A stretch of 64,000 bases of DNA from positions 53,506,001 to 53,570,000 of the forward strand of contig NC_087247.1 in the NCBI RefSeq assembly GCF_037042905.1, in the 5' to 3' direction. Below are positions 1 through 13,000 of the stretch, one piece after another. The position numbers and the translations under genes were made by a program. This DNA comes from Lytechinus pictus (Eukaryota). Position 1 is the first letter of the stretch; each line of letters starts with the position of its first letter. The notes under the pieces were generated by a model. The model was not told the origin of the DNA. It worked only from the letters and a program-made list of their open reading frames with translations, and did no database searches.

Positions 1-349
1 AGTGCATTAAATTTGTAAATGAAAAAAATGCTGAAAGCTCGATGTCTGAGCTGAAATATGTTTTGTACATTGACTTCAAAACTTGATATTTTTTAAGCTC
101 CATATCAGCCTATTGAGCAAAATATGAATCATATCGAGCGCGAAGCGTGAGAGAAAATTTTATTTAGTAACATGAAAGATTTTTTTTACAAGTCTTCCCC
201 AAAAATTATTTTATTCACTCGTCTTCCTCTTATTTCTTTTTCTTTTCTTCTTTCTCCCTTTTTTTGGCCCGCCAATTTTTTTCAGGGGGGGCACACCAAA
301 TCTCAGGGGGGGGGCACGTGCCCCCCCCCCCCCCGTAGCTACGCCACTG
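1..349. mobile_element. Right end of a MITE with CAGTGGCGTAGCTAC-type TIR (hAT-like); left end outside the window
   Basis: Ends gtagctacgccactg at 349, preceded by a GGGGGCACGTGCCCCC subterminal palindrome. Confidence 0.55.
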
Positions 350-399
350 CCTGGGTGTTTTCTTGGAGGGTAGTTGTCTAACGTTAGGCCTTAGGGGGG

Positions 400-900
400 G
401 GGTACACTGGACTATCAACGAGTACGAGTACGACTGTGATCCCCCACCGTACCCGGGCTCCGGCGCGCGCTCCGGCGCGCCGGCACGCGACCCGGGTGGG
501 GGATCAGGGATCACAGTCGTGCTCGGCGCGGCGCGCGCCCAGGGGCCGATTGCACGAAAGGGTCTTTCCAAGGACCGTCTTTCGTGTCGCCCATGTTTTA
601 TGATGCGCTATAAGCGGGGTGTTTCTGAAATTTATGATAAACAAATAAAATTCGTAAGCTTGCTTTTAAATCAAATTTTATACAATTTCATGAAATATCA
701 CATCATTTTATAAACAAATATTATGTTTATTTTAACGGAAAAATAAAATATATTTGCAGATAATTTATTTGAAATGCGTTTCACATGGCGTATCATAAAA
801 GATGGGCGACACGAAAGACGGTCCTTGCAAAGACCCTTTCGTGCAATCGACCCCAGTAGTTTGCTGCAGCAGTGTTAGCTGGCGTGCACCTTGGACTGTC
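400..900 (+). promoter_or_regulatory. CpG/GC-rich putative promoter of the ZNF292/RLF-like gene
   Basis: Dense CGCG/GCGC tract at 420-540 in otherwise AT-rich DNA, upstream of ATG 905. Confidence 0.45.
543..853. mobile_element. PIF/Harbinger-type MITE
   Basis: TIRs of about 60 bp GGGCCGATTGCACGAAAGGGTCTTT... / ...AAAGACCCTTTCGTGCAATCGACCC; 3-bp TSD CAG (540-542, 854-856). Confidence 0.8.
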
Positions 901-904
901 AACA

Positions 905-1081
905 ATGTCGGATTGTTTAGAGAACACAGACGGCTCAAGTTTAAATGTCACTAAGATGAACCGTCTTCAAGCTTTCCAAAGTAATTTGGATCGCATTTGG
1001 ATCTCGTGTATAGTATATCCGAATGAGGATGAAGAGGGAGGAAGAAGTCCAAACAGCATATTTTGCGACTTGATATCCGAG
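905..1081 (+). CDS. ZNF292/RLF-like gene, probable coding exon 1
   Basis: ACAATG start, 59 open codons (MSDCLENT...FCDLISE), donor GAG|GTGAGC, directly downstream of a CpG-rich promoter-like segment; phase matches exon 2. Confidence 0.6.
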
Positions 1082-4000
1082 GTGAGCTGAGCTGAGAAGG
1101 GGCTGAGAAGCGGTCGTCGATCGTGGGTTTGAAATGCGTGCTATGTGATGTGGCCATAATGGCACATTCCGATTACCAGCGCATTCAATTCTTGTATACA
1201 TATATTCAATGGGGCTATCACATTTTTGTGATAAATGTATTTAAATTACATACAAGCTAAATCCCCGTATGTAATTATAACACTTCATAAGTCTTGTGTC
1301 ATGTGCTAGAGCCTAGGCCTAGGATTAGGAATAATTATGAATATGATTATGATTGTGAATGTGAGTAGTGATTGTGAACGTAAACTAAGTAAGAAGTGTG
1401 ACTGTGGCATTCAAACTAAGAAAGTCAAACGTGCCCACTTAATACTGACTTAGTCTTAGATCCCGGGTTGGGGGAGGGGGGCACTCAGTATATAATGATA
1501 TTGATAATGAGTGGTGGGTATGTGCCGTGGAGAGGACCCCCATTTTTACACTCAAATTTCCGTTCCAAGGCAAAGCATTTTTATCTTATTGAGAAAAAGA
1601 ACGAAACTAAAGCTGCTCCAATTCCAAGGCATAGCATTTTCTTATCGAGAAAAAAAGAAGAAAGAAATTTGTTCCGAAGCTTCGCATATTTTTCGTTACG
1701 CCGTTCTAGCTGTATTGATCCACTAAATTGAGCTGCATTTGTGGTGAAAAGCGGCCGCAGAGCGCTGTACGACCATCGCCTCTGAGCTGCGTGAGCGCAC
1801 CCGGCGCCCGTGCCGCCGGTCTAGCTGCATGCACGTATGCCTGTTCCACAATGTCAAACGACATTTAAAAACATACCTTTTTGTAAGTTTACGATCGGCG
1901 TTCTGAAACGTTTAAATGAAAGTAAGCATGGATACATCCATGTTTTGGACTAATCATGTATGAAAACACTGATTCTGGCCTGAAAAGTGTAAGCATAGAC
2001 ATGCCTTATGGGTACCAATGAGTGGGGATGATTTTTCAGAGCATTTTAAAGTTGCAATTGACTGTGGGTCATGATGAAGACAAAGAAAAATCACACTATT
2101 AAATTGAGCTCCTTTTTAGAATCTCAGGAGAGCGATTTATTGAGCTCCACAAAATTATTAATGTGAAGGACTTCTCAACTTTCCCCAGAGCACTCATCCT
2201 ACGAACGAGGTTATATAGAGGGTGGCTCAACTTAACCCATGGGTGGGGCAAGTTGAGCCATTTGCAGGGTTGGGCTCAATTACAAAGTAAATGATCAAGT
2301 ACATAATTAATTACATTTTTTTTTTTGCATAATTGTAATTGTAATTGAAAAAATGTAATTGACTTCAATTGCTGTCAATTACTTTTACTTTACAATAAAC
2401 TTGAAGGACAAGTTCACCCCAACAAAAGTTGATTTGAATAAAAAAAGAAAAATCCAAGCATAACACTGAAAATTTCATCAAAATCGGATGTGAAATAAGA
2501 AAGTTATGACATTTTAAAGTTTCACATAATTTCACAAAATAGTTATATTGACATCCGGGTCAGTATGCAAATGAGGAGACTGATGACATCATCCACTCAC
2601 TATTTCTTTTGTATTTTATTATATGAAATATTCTAATTTTCTCCTCATTGTCAAGTGAAACAACAGGTATTTCCTCCATGAACATGTGGAATTAGCATTG
2701 TTTAAAACTATATGGTTTAGTCAAGTTGGTCCTTATTGTCAAATCTGTAAAAAAGGAAATATTGTATAATTCAAACAATAGAAAACAAAAAAATAGTGAG
2801 TGAGGGACATCATTGACCGTCTCATTTGCATGTCACCGAGTTGTGTTTTGTGAAAATAAGCGAAACTTTGAAATGTCATAACTTATTTTACATACGATTT
2901 TGATGAAATTTTCAGCATTATTCTAGTTTGATTTTTCTCTATTCAAATCAACATTTTACTGGGGTGGACTTAACCTTTAACTAATTCATGATTTAATTTC
3001 ATGACCCTTTTCATGTCAACTGCTTCAGCATCAAAGAGAGTTAAGGCAGAATCTGCGTTCTTTAACCCAAACCTTCATCTCATCAGCTTCTCTGTAACTT
3101 AGAATTATGTGGAAATAGGTGGTACTATGTACATTGTACAAAATAAAAATTGGTTTCATTTATGACTTTTCTAGAAAGTAATTGAAATTGTAATTGTACA
3201 TGTACATGTAAATGACAAAAGTAATTGGTCATTATAATTGAGAAAAATGTAATTTGATTGAAAAGTAATTGTAATTGAACATTTGTTCAATTACGTAATT
3301 TTAATTGTAATCAAAGAAAGTAATTGAGCCCAACCCTGGCCATTTGACATCTTTTTTTTTTCGAAGGTGACAGTGACGTTCAGTGTGGGGATAGAATGTT
3401 ATATATAGGTAAAAATGTTTATAAAGAATTGAATTTTAAGACTAGTTAGTTATTTCTACAAGATTATGAATCATAAAAGTTTTAACATCAAAAAAGCAAA
3501 AAATGGCTCAACTTACGCTGCCTTCCCCTACAATGTGTACCATCCTGTACCTGCACTTTTGCTCATGATTTTATTCATTGCATGCCCAGCCAATGCATAA
3601 TGTATTTTTTTTGTGATATGCTACATGATTATTAATGGCATGCATAATCTTAAATTAACTTTGTGTTCAGTTGTTGAAAATCAGAGTTGCATGGCTCTAA
3701 AAACTTCATTTCAAAATGTAGCCAAATGCTATTCTCTCCATTGTGTTTTGTGCTAAAATTGTGGAAGTATACTAGGCCTGTTTTGAAAGTCCATTTTTGA
3801 TGCACGTGTACACGGCCTGTTTTGCGGTCGTGTACACGTAAACACTGAGAGCCAGTTATGTTACATAATATAACTTGCGTTAGGCCTAAGCCATATCGAT
3901 TATTTTGTAAACAGCTTTCATTCGATGCATCAACATTTGAAGGCGGGAAAATCAAATCATTTTTTTTGCTCCGTCATGACCGCGCTGAAATGCGCTGAGG

Positions 4001-7000
4001 GCCGGGTTAAGCGTTGCACAAGCGGACGGATGCAGAGCAATAAAGATCGTCTGTTTTTTCCATGATCACAAAACAACAACTGAAAAAAAAGGTATCCAAG
4101 CAGAATTCTTCCCCATATATCTAAAACAATGATATTTGCAGATGACGACACATAGGCCTTACGTTTGAAACAAAATAATATGAAAGGCAGAATCATGGAC
4201 CTATTACAAATGGACATTCAACGAATCCCCTTCTTTCGGCCGAAGACCGTCACAGCTAATTCTTTGATAAATAGAGCGCTGGCAGCTGACGCCCATCAAG
4301 CAGGTCGTAAAACACGTCACTGATGGACAGCGGAAATCAATTGTGCGCTGCTCCTACACATTGTGATGTTGCTCGTTCACTTTATCAAAAGCAACATACA
4401 GCAGCGAACGTTAGCGCTGTGAAAATGATTGCAGAAACAAGAAAACAGGCGTGCATAAACATATTTTTTACGTACATCGCGAACAACCACTCGCAAAATG
4501 CATTGACATCACCGTGCAGATCAGTATATCTACAGCAAAAAGCAGTTAAATTCAACGGAGAAATGGGCGATAAACGTTTAAAATCATCTTTTTCGGACAG
4601 TCTTGATGTCGATAGTCGCGCTCACCTTCCGTCAGAAGTTGATTTTCATTTGGGCGTAAAATTCCAGAGGATTGGCGAAATTTAATAGGATTTTTTAATG
4701 ATGATCAGACGACATTTGGACAGTATTGACAGCGTGAAATAATGTATTGAAAACCGGAAATAAATTGCGCATTTCATTATAGGTAATGCAGGGACTTTCC
4801 CTGATGGCAGCAATCGAGCTTACATGACCGCATCTGGTCGAAAGAGGGCCAGAGATCGAGCGGTGACTGTCATCGTCCGAGAAGGGATTGAGTAAACAAT
4901 CGCCCCGGGCACTCGTAAAAAAAGCGCAAAGAGAAAGTTAACTGTGTGACAGCAATTTTGACAGCTGGAAACAGGTGGTGGCCATAGAATGCTCTCGTTG
5001 AATGTCCATTTGTAATAGGTCCATGGCAGAATCAAGTCGATCCGAACAATTCTCGGTCAACTCAAAGTCACACTCCAGACTCACAGTCACACTCCAGACT
5101 CGCACACACACTACAGCCGCGCCCCTATACTACACTCACTCTCCCACCCGAAACGACAGGCGTATGTGCTTGCCGCCCAACAAGTTAGCCTAGCGGAGAC
5201 CAACTTGGCCGAGATGTATTTGGATCCAAAATGAGGTTTAAATTGATATTAATAAATATCATACGTAATTGTATTCTATGGTAATATTACGATCGTGAGA
5301 AAAGTTTCTGCAATGACGATGTTTGAAAATCAATCCTGTCATGATATAATTTTTTAGACAAGTGCACCCATCACTCGTTACGGAATTCGTGATGTCCGTC
5401 ATTAAAAATGGAAATAAAATACAAATTAAATTGAATTGAATAACGTCAAGTTCTAAATCCATATTAATGATTATCATTTGCAATGATTGTTAAAATATAA
5501 CGATTAAATAATGTTCTTTGGTCATAATAAGAAATATTGTTAATGAAAGCAAGATTTATTTTACGCTGATCGCGTCATGATTTTCCTTTCAGATCAATTT
5601 CTATCTGGTTTGATGAAATTACAATGCGCATGCGCGATCGATGACGATAAATTCCGTTCATGAATTCATCGTGCATAAATTATCTCAGCACGAACAGGCG
5701 AGTGAGACTCGAATTAGGATAAAAATAAACTTTAAATTAATGGCGAATGTGCATAATTACACATGGTTTCATTTTGGGGAAATAGAAATCAAGTAATTAG
5801 TAGTTATTACGGTGCGGCAAAAATCTCCTAGCTAGTTTTATCAATCATAACTTCACTGCATCGTATGTAAACTTCATGAACGCTGCCCGTGCCCCAGGCT
5901 GGCCCAAGACAGATTACATTCATTAAAAAATGTGAGTGAGCGCCGTGGCTTCTTGCGCAAATATGGAACTTCAAGGGTGGGTATGAAAGTGGAATTTTAG
6001 TGATTAAAACTCGTGCAGTGTCTGAGAACTTAGAATTAATGTGAGGCTGTGAGCATGGTAATAGAATTGTTTTCAATTAAATAATTGTTCACTTGTTAAA
6101 AACTCCGACGCAAGTTTTATATAGATGCTACCGTGTACACGGTCATGGAATTCAGTACACATGCACTGACTTGACCGGGCGTGTACACGTGTACCCGAAA
6201 CGGGCCTAAAGTATACCACCTAAAATACAAAATTCAAGAATACAAGTACCTGGACATTGAGTGCATTACATTCTTTATATTTTTCCTTGCTGGTTTGATC
6301 AATCGGAATATAATTAACTTGATGCTGGCCTGCTCAACCATAGTATTACCTAGTGTTTGTAACTGAAATTTATTGTCAGGACTTTATAACACCGACCGCA
6401 TGTTTATTATAAAAGAAACATCGTTGCAAGAGCATTTTACAAAGAAAAATACTGAAACGGAAAATCCTTTTTTTTTTTACCTAAATTTTTTTTTCAAGCT
6501 GAAAATTACTTTTTTTTAAAGTGACAGGTTGGCAGCTCTGCAAGAGACAAGTTTTTAGCTCTTGACTCAAGGTTAAACTACATGTAGCTCTCAAGGTTGA
6601 ATTTGCTTTCAAGGTTGATTTGACTTGTATGGTTAATTTTGTTAAAATCTCTCTAAGGCCGTGTTTATGCTTCCACTTTTCAGGCCAGAATCAGCGTTTC
6701 CAAACGTGATTAGTCCAAAACACGGTTGCGTCCATGCTTACTTTCATTTAAACGTTGTTTCAAAACGCTGATCGTAAACTCACTAAAAGGTGCGTTTGTA
6801 AACGTCGTTTGACCAGAATCAGGCTTTCTGGGGAAGTATAAACAGAACCACGATCGTAAACGTGTTTAAATGACGTCATTTGGAACATGCTTCCGGTAAG
6901 ATGAAAATCCGCGGGCAAATACAGTCGCATTGCTCCATGGTCGCATGTTACCTCCACGGAATTACCTCTCATCTCCTTTGTTTTGCATGTGTAGTACTAT

Positions 7001-10000
7001 TACTAGTATTACTCTTCCAATTTGTCATCACGATGAACGTTGAGGGATTTACACACAAAAAAACCCAGAACATGAGTTATAATGAGGAGACATTGCCAGA
7101 TGCCCCAGTAGCATAAACAAATTGATATTTTATTATTTTGTATACTTAATATTCTTTATTTTTTCTTACTATTATCACCAGAAATGCTTATTGATGATGT
7201 TCTTTTTTTGTTGATAGTTATCGATATTGGTTAGATATTTTTAGCGAGATATCAACAGAGAATTTTCTTACCGATAATACCACTAGTTTTATGTAGATGA
7301 TTGCAATGCACAAAAAGGGAAAAAAAACTTGGGGCATCCAGAGCTGCCAACCATTACGTTTTTGCCGTAATCATTACGTTTTTTCATTAAAATTACGGCA
7401 TTACGGTTTTTCTTTTCAAATTACGTTTTTTGATAATTTTGATAACGTGTGTACATAATTGTATCTATCGTAGTGCGTGTTGAGCCCATTTGAGCCCGAG
7501 ATGAGCCTGGTACTTTCGTGTGCGTAGTCGCCCGCGCCGGCCGGTTTTCCAACGCACTTTAATAATTTAATAGCGCGCGCGTTCATATACGTTAGTTGAA
7601 TATGCGGGCGGCATGCATGGCACGAATCGTGGTATATAGCGACTGGTAAATACGTCTGTAAGGATGATGACGTCATCCAAGACGGCAACTTACGATGACC
7701 CACGAAAGGATTGAGGATGATTATGTTTTGATCATCATTTGAAAGGAAATAGCAGTAACTGCGGTCTAAGGTACGATATTTCTGAATTTCATATATTTTA
7801 TCTTAAATTTGCATGTGATTTCTTTCCCATAAAGTGATGTTTTATGTACAAAAAACGATCTGAAAATCGGATTTCCGCCGAATGTTAGATCTATCGTTAC
7901 TGCTAATACGTAGTCTTTACGCTAGGGCCAACGCTCTTCAGGTGAGTGGAGCCAACGTTCGTTCTGCAGCGCAGAGCGAGGAGTACGATGAATTGGGTAG
8001 GGTAATTCCCCAAATGTAGTAAGAGAAGAGTCCATTTATAATGGAGGGGGATTTGGAGGTTTGAGGGAAATTATTATTCTATTTGCAAAATTTTACAAAA
8101 ATACTCATCATATATTATTAAAGATGGAATCTTCAAAAGATATTTTCATATACTTTAAAATTAATTGTGGTGATAAAGAAATAAAATTTGGAGGCTATTT
8201 TCTTGAATTTATATATATGAATTCCCTTCGGATAATGGTACTGTCTGGTTAATTTTCATCAACTCGTATCAAACAAATACGATGAATTCGGCTTTGAAAA
8301 GACAGGGAAAGCTCTTCCTTGTCCCCTGAAGTAATAATTCTGGGTGATATTTAACATTTATTGATAGTTTCACATGATTTATACTAGAGAGATGTCCTAC
8401 TGCTTTTGGAATTCATTAAAAAAGTTGGCACTGTAGCATTCAGTTTAGCAGGAATGGGAAGATTTGTTCCCCGGTTCTGGCGGCCTAGATGTCTGCTCTA
8501 TAGTGCTGTCACTGCTGGTGATGATTGAGTGTGCGTGCAGTGTGATTGAAGCTGAGCTGTGCACATCGTGAAGTGATCTACGATGGGACTTTTGTGGAAT
8601 GATTTCAACTTCTTATCTATAGATCTATTTGAATTTTAGATTTTATTGATTTATGAATCATTTTTTGTATATTTTTGGAATGTTACATGTACTTCCATTT
8701 TATGACACTTTAATTTTAAAGCGTACTGTTTGGCAAAAACAATGTTACTTGGGAAGAGAAGTCTGAATTGATGTGAACTTTTTTTTATTTCTCTAGTCTA
8801 CAATTTGGTAGTTTTGTCAGGAAACTCAACATAATTAAATGAATTATTTTAGAAGTGGAAAGGAAGCCCCAGAAAAATTGAGCCCTAAAAATGTTCACCA
8901 GAACTGATTTTGGTGCCTCTGAAAGAATTTTTCTCGACAGATCTTCTTTCTGATAAGGAAGTGCCGAAGTAGGTTGCACTACAAAATTAAAGGCCTACTT
9001 GTCATTTTTAGAAAAATTTGCCTTGGTGCCCTTTTGACTAGAATAAAAGTGGCCTTCATGCCCTTTAGAATGGCCTTGATACCCCTTGAAATATTTGGGC
9101 ATCCAAGGCCACTTTGCCGGTTGCCCCAAGCTGAAAGTGCCCTTTTAAAAATGGCCTTGCCCCTCTCAATTCATAATTCAAGCCCTGCTACTGACTGAAT
9201 TAAAGTTGGTAGATTAAATCAAATAGGCCCAAGACTAAGGGTCCAATTTGTAACACTCAGTTATTTAGCCCAGACTAGGCCTAGAGATTATTTTTTTTAG
9301 TTCACTGCATACATACTTTTTGCATTGGATGTTTGTCGCATGTGGTTTTAAGGTTCGTTTTAACACATTCGTTTTTTTTTGTTGGAAATTCCTTTTTTTT
9401 GCCATAATGATTCCTTTTTTTGCTTGCACAAGGTTGGCAGCTCTGGGCATCAAGTACAAGTAATATAGAGAGAGTGCTTCCAATAAATGATAGCATTAAT
9501 TGTTTTATTTTTCCTATTTCAAATGAGTGGAGAAGAGCAAAATCTTCTTTGTCTGAGGTATCCATTTTGATGGTGCCAAAAGTACCGGTATATGAAGGTA
9601 TAGAACACGTGTGCTACCTCATGTGACCCGCCATGCCCGTATAGTGAATAGCGAATACTGTATACTCCTTTGTGAACTCGGCCTTAGCCGTGTAAAATGG
9701 TGTTAGTATACAGTTTACTGTGCTTCCTGCTCAAAGCATCTCATGAAACTTCAGATATTTCTATTTGAATATGCAGCTTAAAATCAAGAAGCAAAAACTG
9801 AATTTGAAAAAAAAGGGTTAACTTTTCGAAGAATGGCCCTTTACCATCATATCTATGAAAAAGATCTGAGACATAGAGAGGTGCCTCTAAGCAACTAAGA
9901 TAGAAGAAATTGATGAGAATAAGCTACTAGTATCAATTAATTCTGTATTTTTTGTCTTCCATCAGGCAGTAGATGAATTCTTCAGCGGTCGTTTCAGCCA

Positions 10001-13000
10001 CCCTCCACATGAAGTACTAACAGGTTTGCACAGTGCCCTGAGGATTATTGCTACTTCTTCTCACAGCTTCTATGAGGAAGATGAGCAACTCACTAGTGTC
10101 TGTAAGAAGATATATATGTAAGTACTGTATGTAGGGTCAAAGCACTGAGCCACCTTGAATTTCTTTCCTTTTAACACATTGGTTTATTTTCAATTGCTCT
10201 AATGCCAGTTCGTCCAAACACCAACTCATCTACTATCAATTGCTCTCCCATCAGTTAATCCACTATCCACATGGTCTAATTGCCATTTCGTCCACTCACC
10301 ATTTCATCTAATAACCAGTTCCAATAGCCATTTAGTCCATATACCATTTGGTTTAATTGGACTAAGTGTTAATTGTGCCGAAAATGAAATGGATATTAGA
10401 CCAACTTGTTATGAGACGAAATGGTCAGCGATGAACTGGTGATTAGACAAAGTGATGATTGGACCAAATGGTTGTTAGACGAAATGTTGATGGACAGAAT
10501 GGCATTAGACTAAATGAAGGTAGACCGTGTGATGAGTGGATGAGTTGGCAGTAGATGAATTGGCATTTTACCAACACATTGAGCTCTATGCCTGAAAAAC
10601 TTTGGGACAAGGGTGTATAGAAATATTTGCATAATTCAAAGTTTATTTGATGTCAACAAATTTTGTATTTTTTTAAATTGTCATTTTAATGTTTTTTCCT
10701 CTCATTTTATTAAGAAATTGTTCATCTTACATTTAGTTTCTCTAAGTCAGCAATGCTGTATTGTATTCCGTAATATATATGCAAGACTGTAGAGGTGTTC
10801 CACTTGTCAGAGAATTTCAGTTGTAGTTTATAAACAGAGATTCATGTAAAATGTATCCATGGTTGATGGAATTTTGACTAATTAAATGTATTTTTATACA
10901 ATAATTTGAAGACACATTGTGGGAAAGTTAATGTACTTTCTTTGGAACCATTGATTTAACTGTATTCATTGTGTGATTACATTGAATATTTGCAGCTACT
11001 GTGTAGAGATACTTCTTGACAAATCTTGGATGAGTGTGCAAGATGAAAGCAGAGCATCAGCAACCAAAGACTTTTATAAATTCTTCTGCTGTCTTTGGAA
11101 CTGGTCTCAAGATCGATTCCTGGTTTTGGCCATTCTTAGCCAGAAGCCATGGGGCCATGAGATAATGAATCAGGTGCTTGCAGGAGAGGAAAATACAGAC
11201 AAGCCAGAAGGTATTTTTATTATTATTATTAAGTCCTGTTTTGAGATGATAAATACGAAAGCCAATATAGGTTTGCCTTTTTTTTAGGCAAAGCCGCAAA
11301 GGTTTTTTTTTCAGCTTTACACTTGATCAGGTACATTTATTCCCAGCTAAGAAATATTTTTGCAAATCACAGTTCCAGTTATTTTAGGTATGTCAATTTT
11401 TTTTTAAAGTTACCTTTATATTTCAAGTCAATCTACTCCCATTCATATCTTTATAGACTTGTCAAGGTAGGTTTAAATGTTGTCAAATGCATGAAACCAT
11501 TTCATGCATTATTATGCAGGGAATAATTTTCCTGGTATTGCATTGCAATTTTCTCTAGTTCACGAGAATTGGACATAAGAGTAATCAAGTATCACTAAAC
11601 ATCCTGTGCAAGTTTCAGGTCACATGACCAAGATCAAAGGTCACTTTTAGGGCCAATAAACTTTGGCTATGTTGGGGGTATTTGTTGAATTGCCATCATA
11701 ACTTTGAAAGTATAAGGATCCAGTTTATGAAACACGGACAAGGTAATCAAGTACATGTATCACTGATCATCTTGCACAAGTCTTACGCCACATGATCGAG
11801 ATCAAATGTCATTTATAGTCAATGAACATAGTATTTTATTATCATATGCATGGTGTTGATTGTGAATAATTATTCAATGATTTCAAAGTCAGCACTACTG
11901 CTGCTACATGTATATTGAATCGCGTAATGCAGGTGAGATTGCCAGAGGCGTTTCACTTGTTTATGTCCTTGCCCACTGTAGGTAGATTCCGGAGGTATAA
12001 TGATTTCACTCTTGCAACATCTAAAGAATTGCTTGACAGATTAATTTCAAACTTGGTCAAAGTATACATTTAGGAGTAACAGAGATCTGATTAAATTTGT
12101 GGTAAAAAAGACAGGGGTCAAATGCAGAGTTGCCAACCTTAAATAATATTAATGAGATGTATTCTGATGTAATTCAGTGTTTACTTCCCGATTGAATGAT
12201 TGAGTGAAAAACCATTGTTAACATATTTTTTCTCATAAGAAAAGATTTGGTTCAGCCGTTTGGTAATTCACATTGTAATTTCTCATCTGATAAATATTTA
12301 GTAAGTGTTGGCATCTCTGCAAATGTTGCAGAGGTCATCTTATTCTGACAATGATAATATAAATGTTTGAGGGATCATTTTCATTCTGTGTTCATGTATG
12401 CATATTAGAAGGATGATAATTTGATTAGATTTGGAGGTCATGAGATAAATGTGAAAAGGTCACAATCCTTGCATAGCTGAAAATGTATCTTTGAGGAGTC
12501 AAATTCAAACTTGGATCATGTATGCATATGTGAGATGAATTGATTAGATTTTGGGGTCAAAAGGTCAGAAGTCATTATTTGAAAATTTTAGAAGTTGGCT
12601 ATATACTGAATTTTTGATATGGCAATGACAGAGGCATGAATATGAACTATCTGCATTAGAGAATCTACATGTATCTAGTTTTGTTTTCATTCTACCTATT
12701 TATGGAAAAAAATGTATTGAATGTAATTATGAACCATTGTATATAAAAGTTGGTGATTGATTTGTATGGAATGTATCTGATTTAGTTGATAGATACCTGA
12801 CCTTAGAAGGAAAGTACCTCCTTGAACATCGTCTGCAAGTCTTGATCCAGGAAGGCAACCCCCTGCATGCCTTGAACTTAGCCAGAGCCTGCACTGATCA
12901 CCCTGTTCTCGGACAAGAACCTATCTTCCTAGAGACTCTCTTTCTACTCTACTTCAATCTTGGTCTGACCCAAGAACTTGAGTCACAGGTAGGGTCAATC

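Noticed and set aside
230-713. GC-rich ORFs 230-571 (-) and 363-713 (+)
   Set aside because: They span MITE ends and a CpG palindrome; open only because of the GC content
1853-6812. One large element bounded by the inverted copies at ~1853-2005 and ~6657-6812
   Set aside because: The termini face each other's flanks (right end first, left end second), so they are separate fragments, and no shared TSD was seen
3773-9445. Autonomous transposase genes in the 2-kb elements
   Set aside because: Only short ORFs (up to 120 aa) without DDE, BED or THAP motifs
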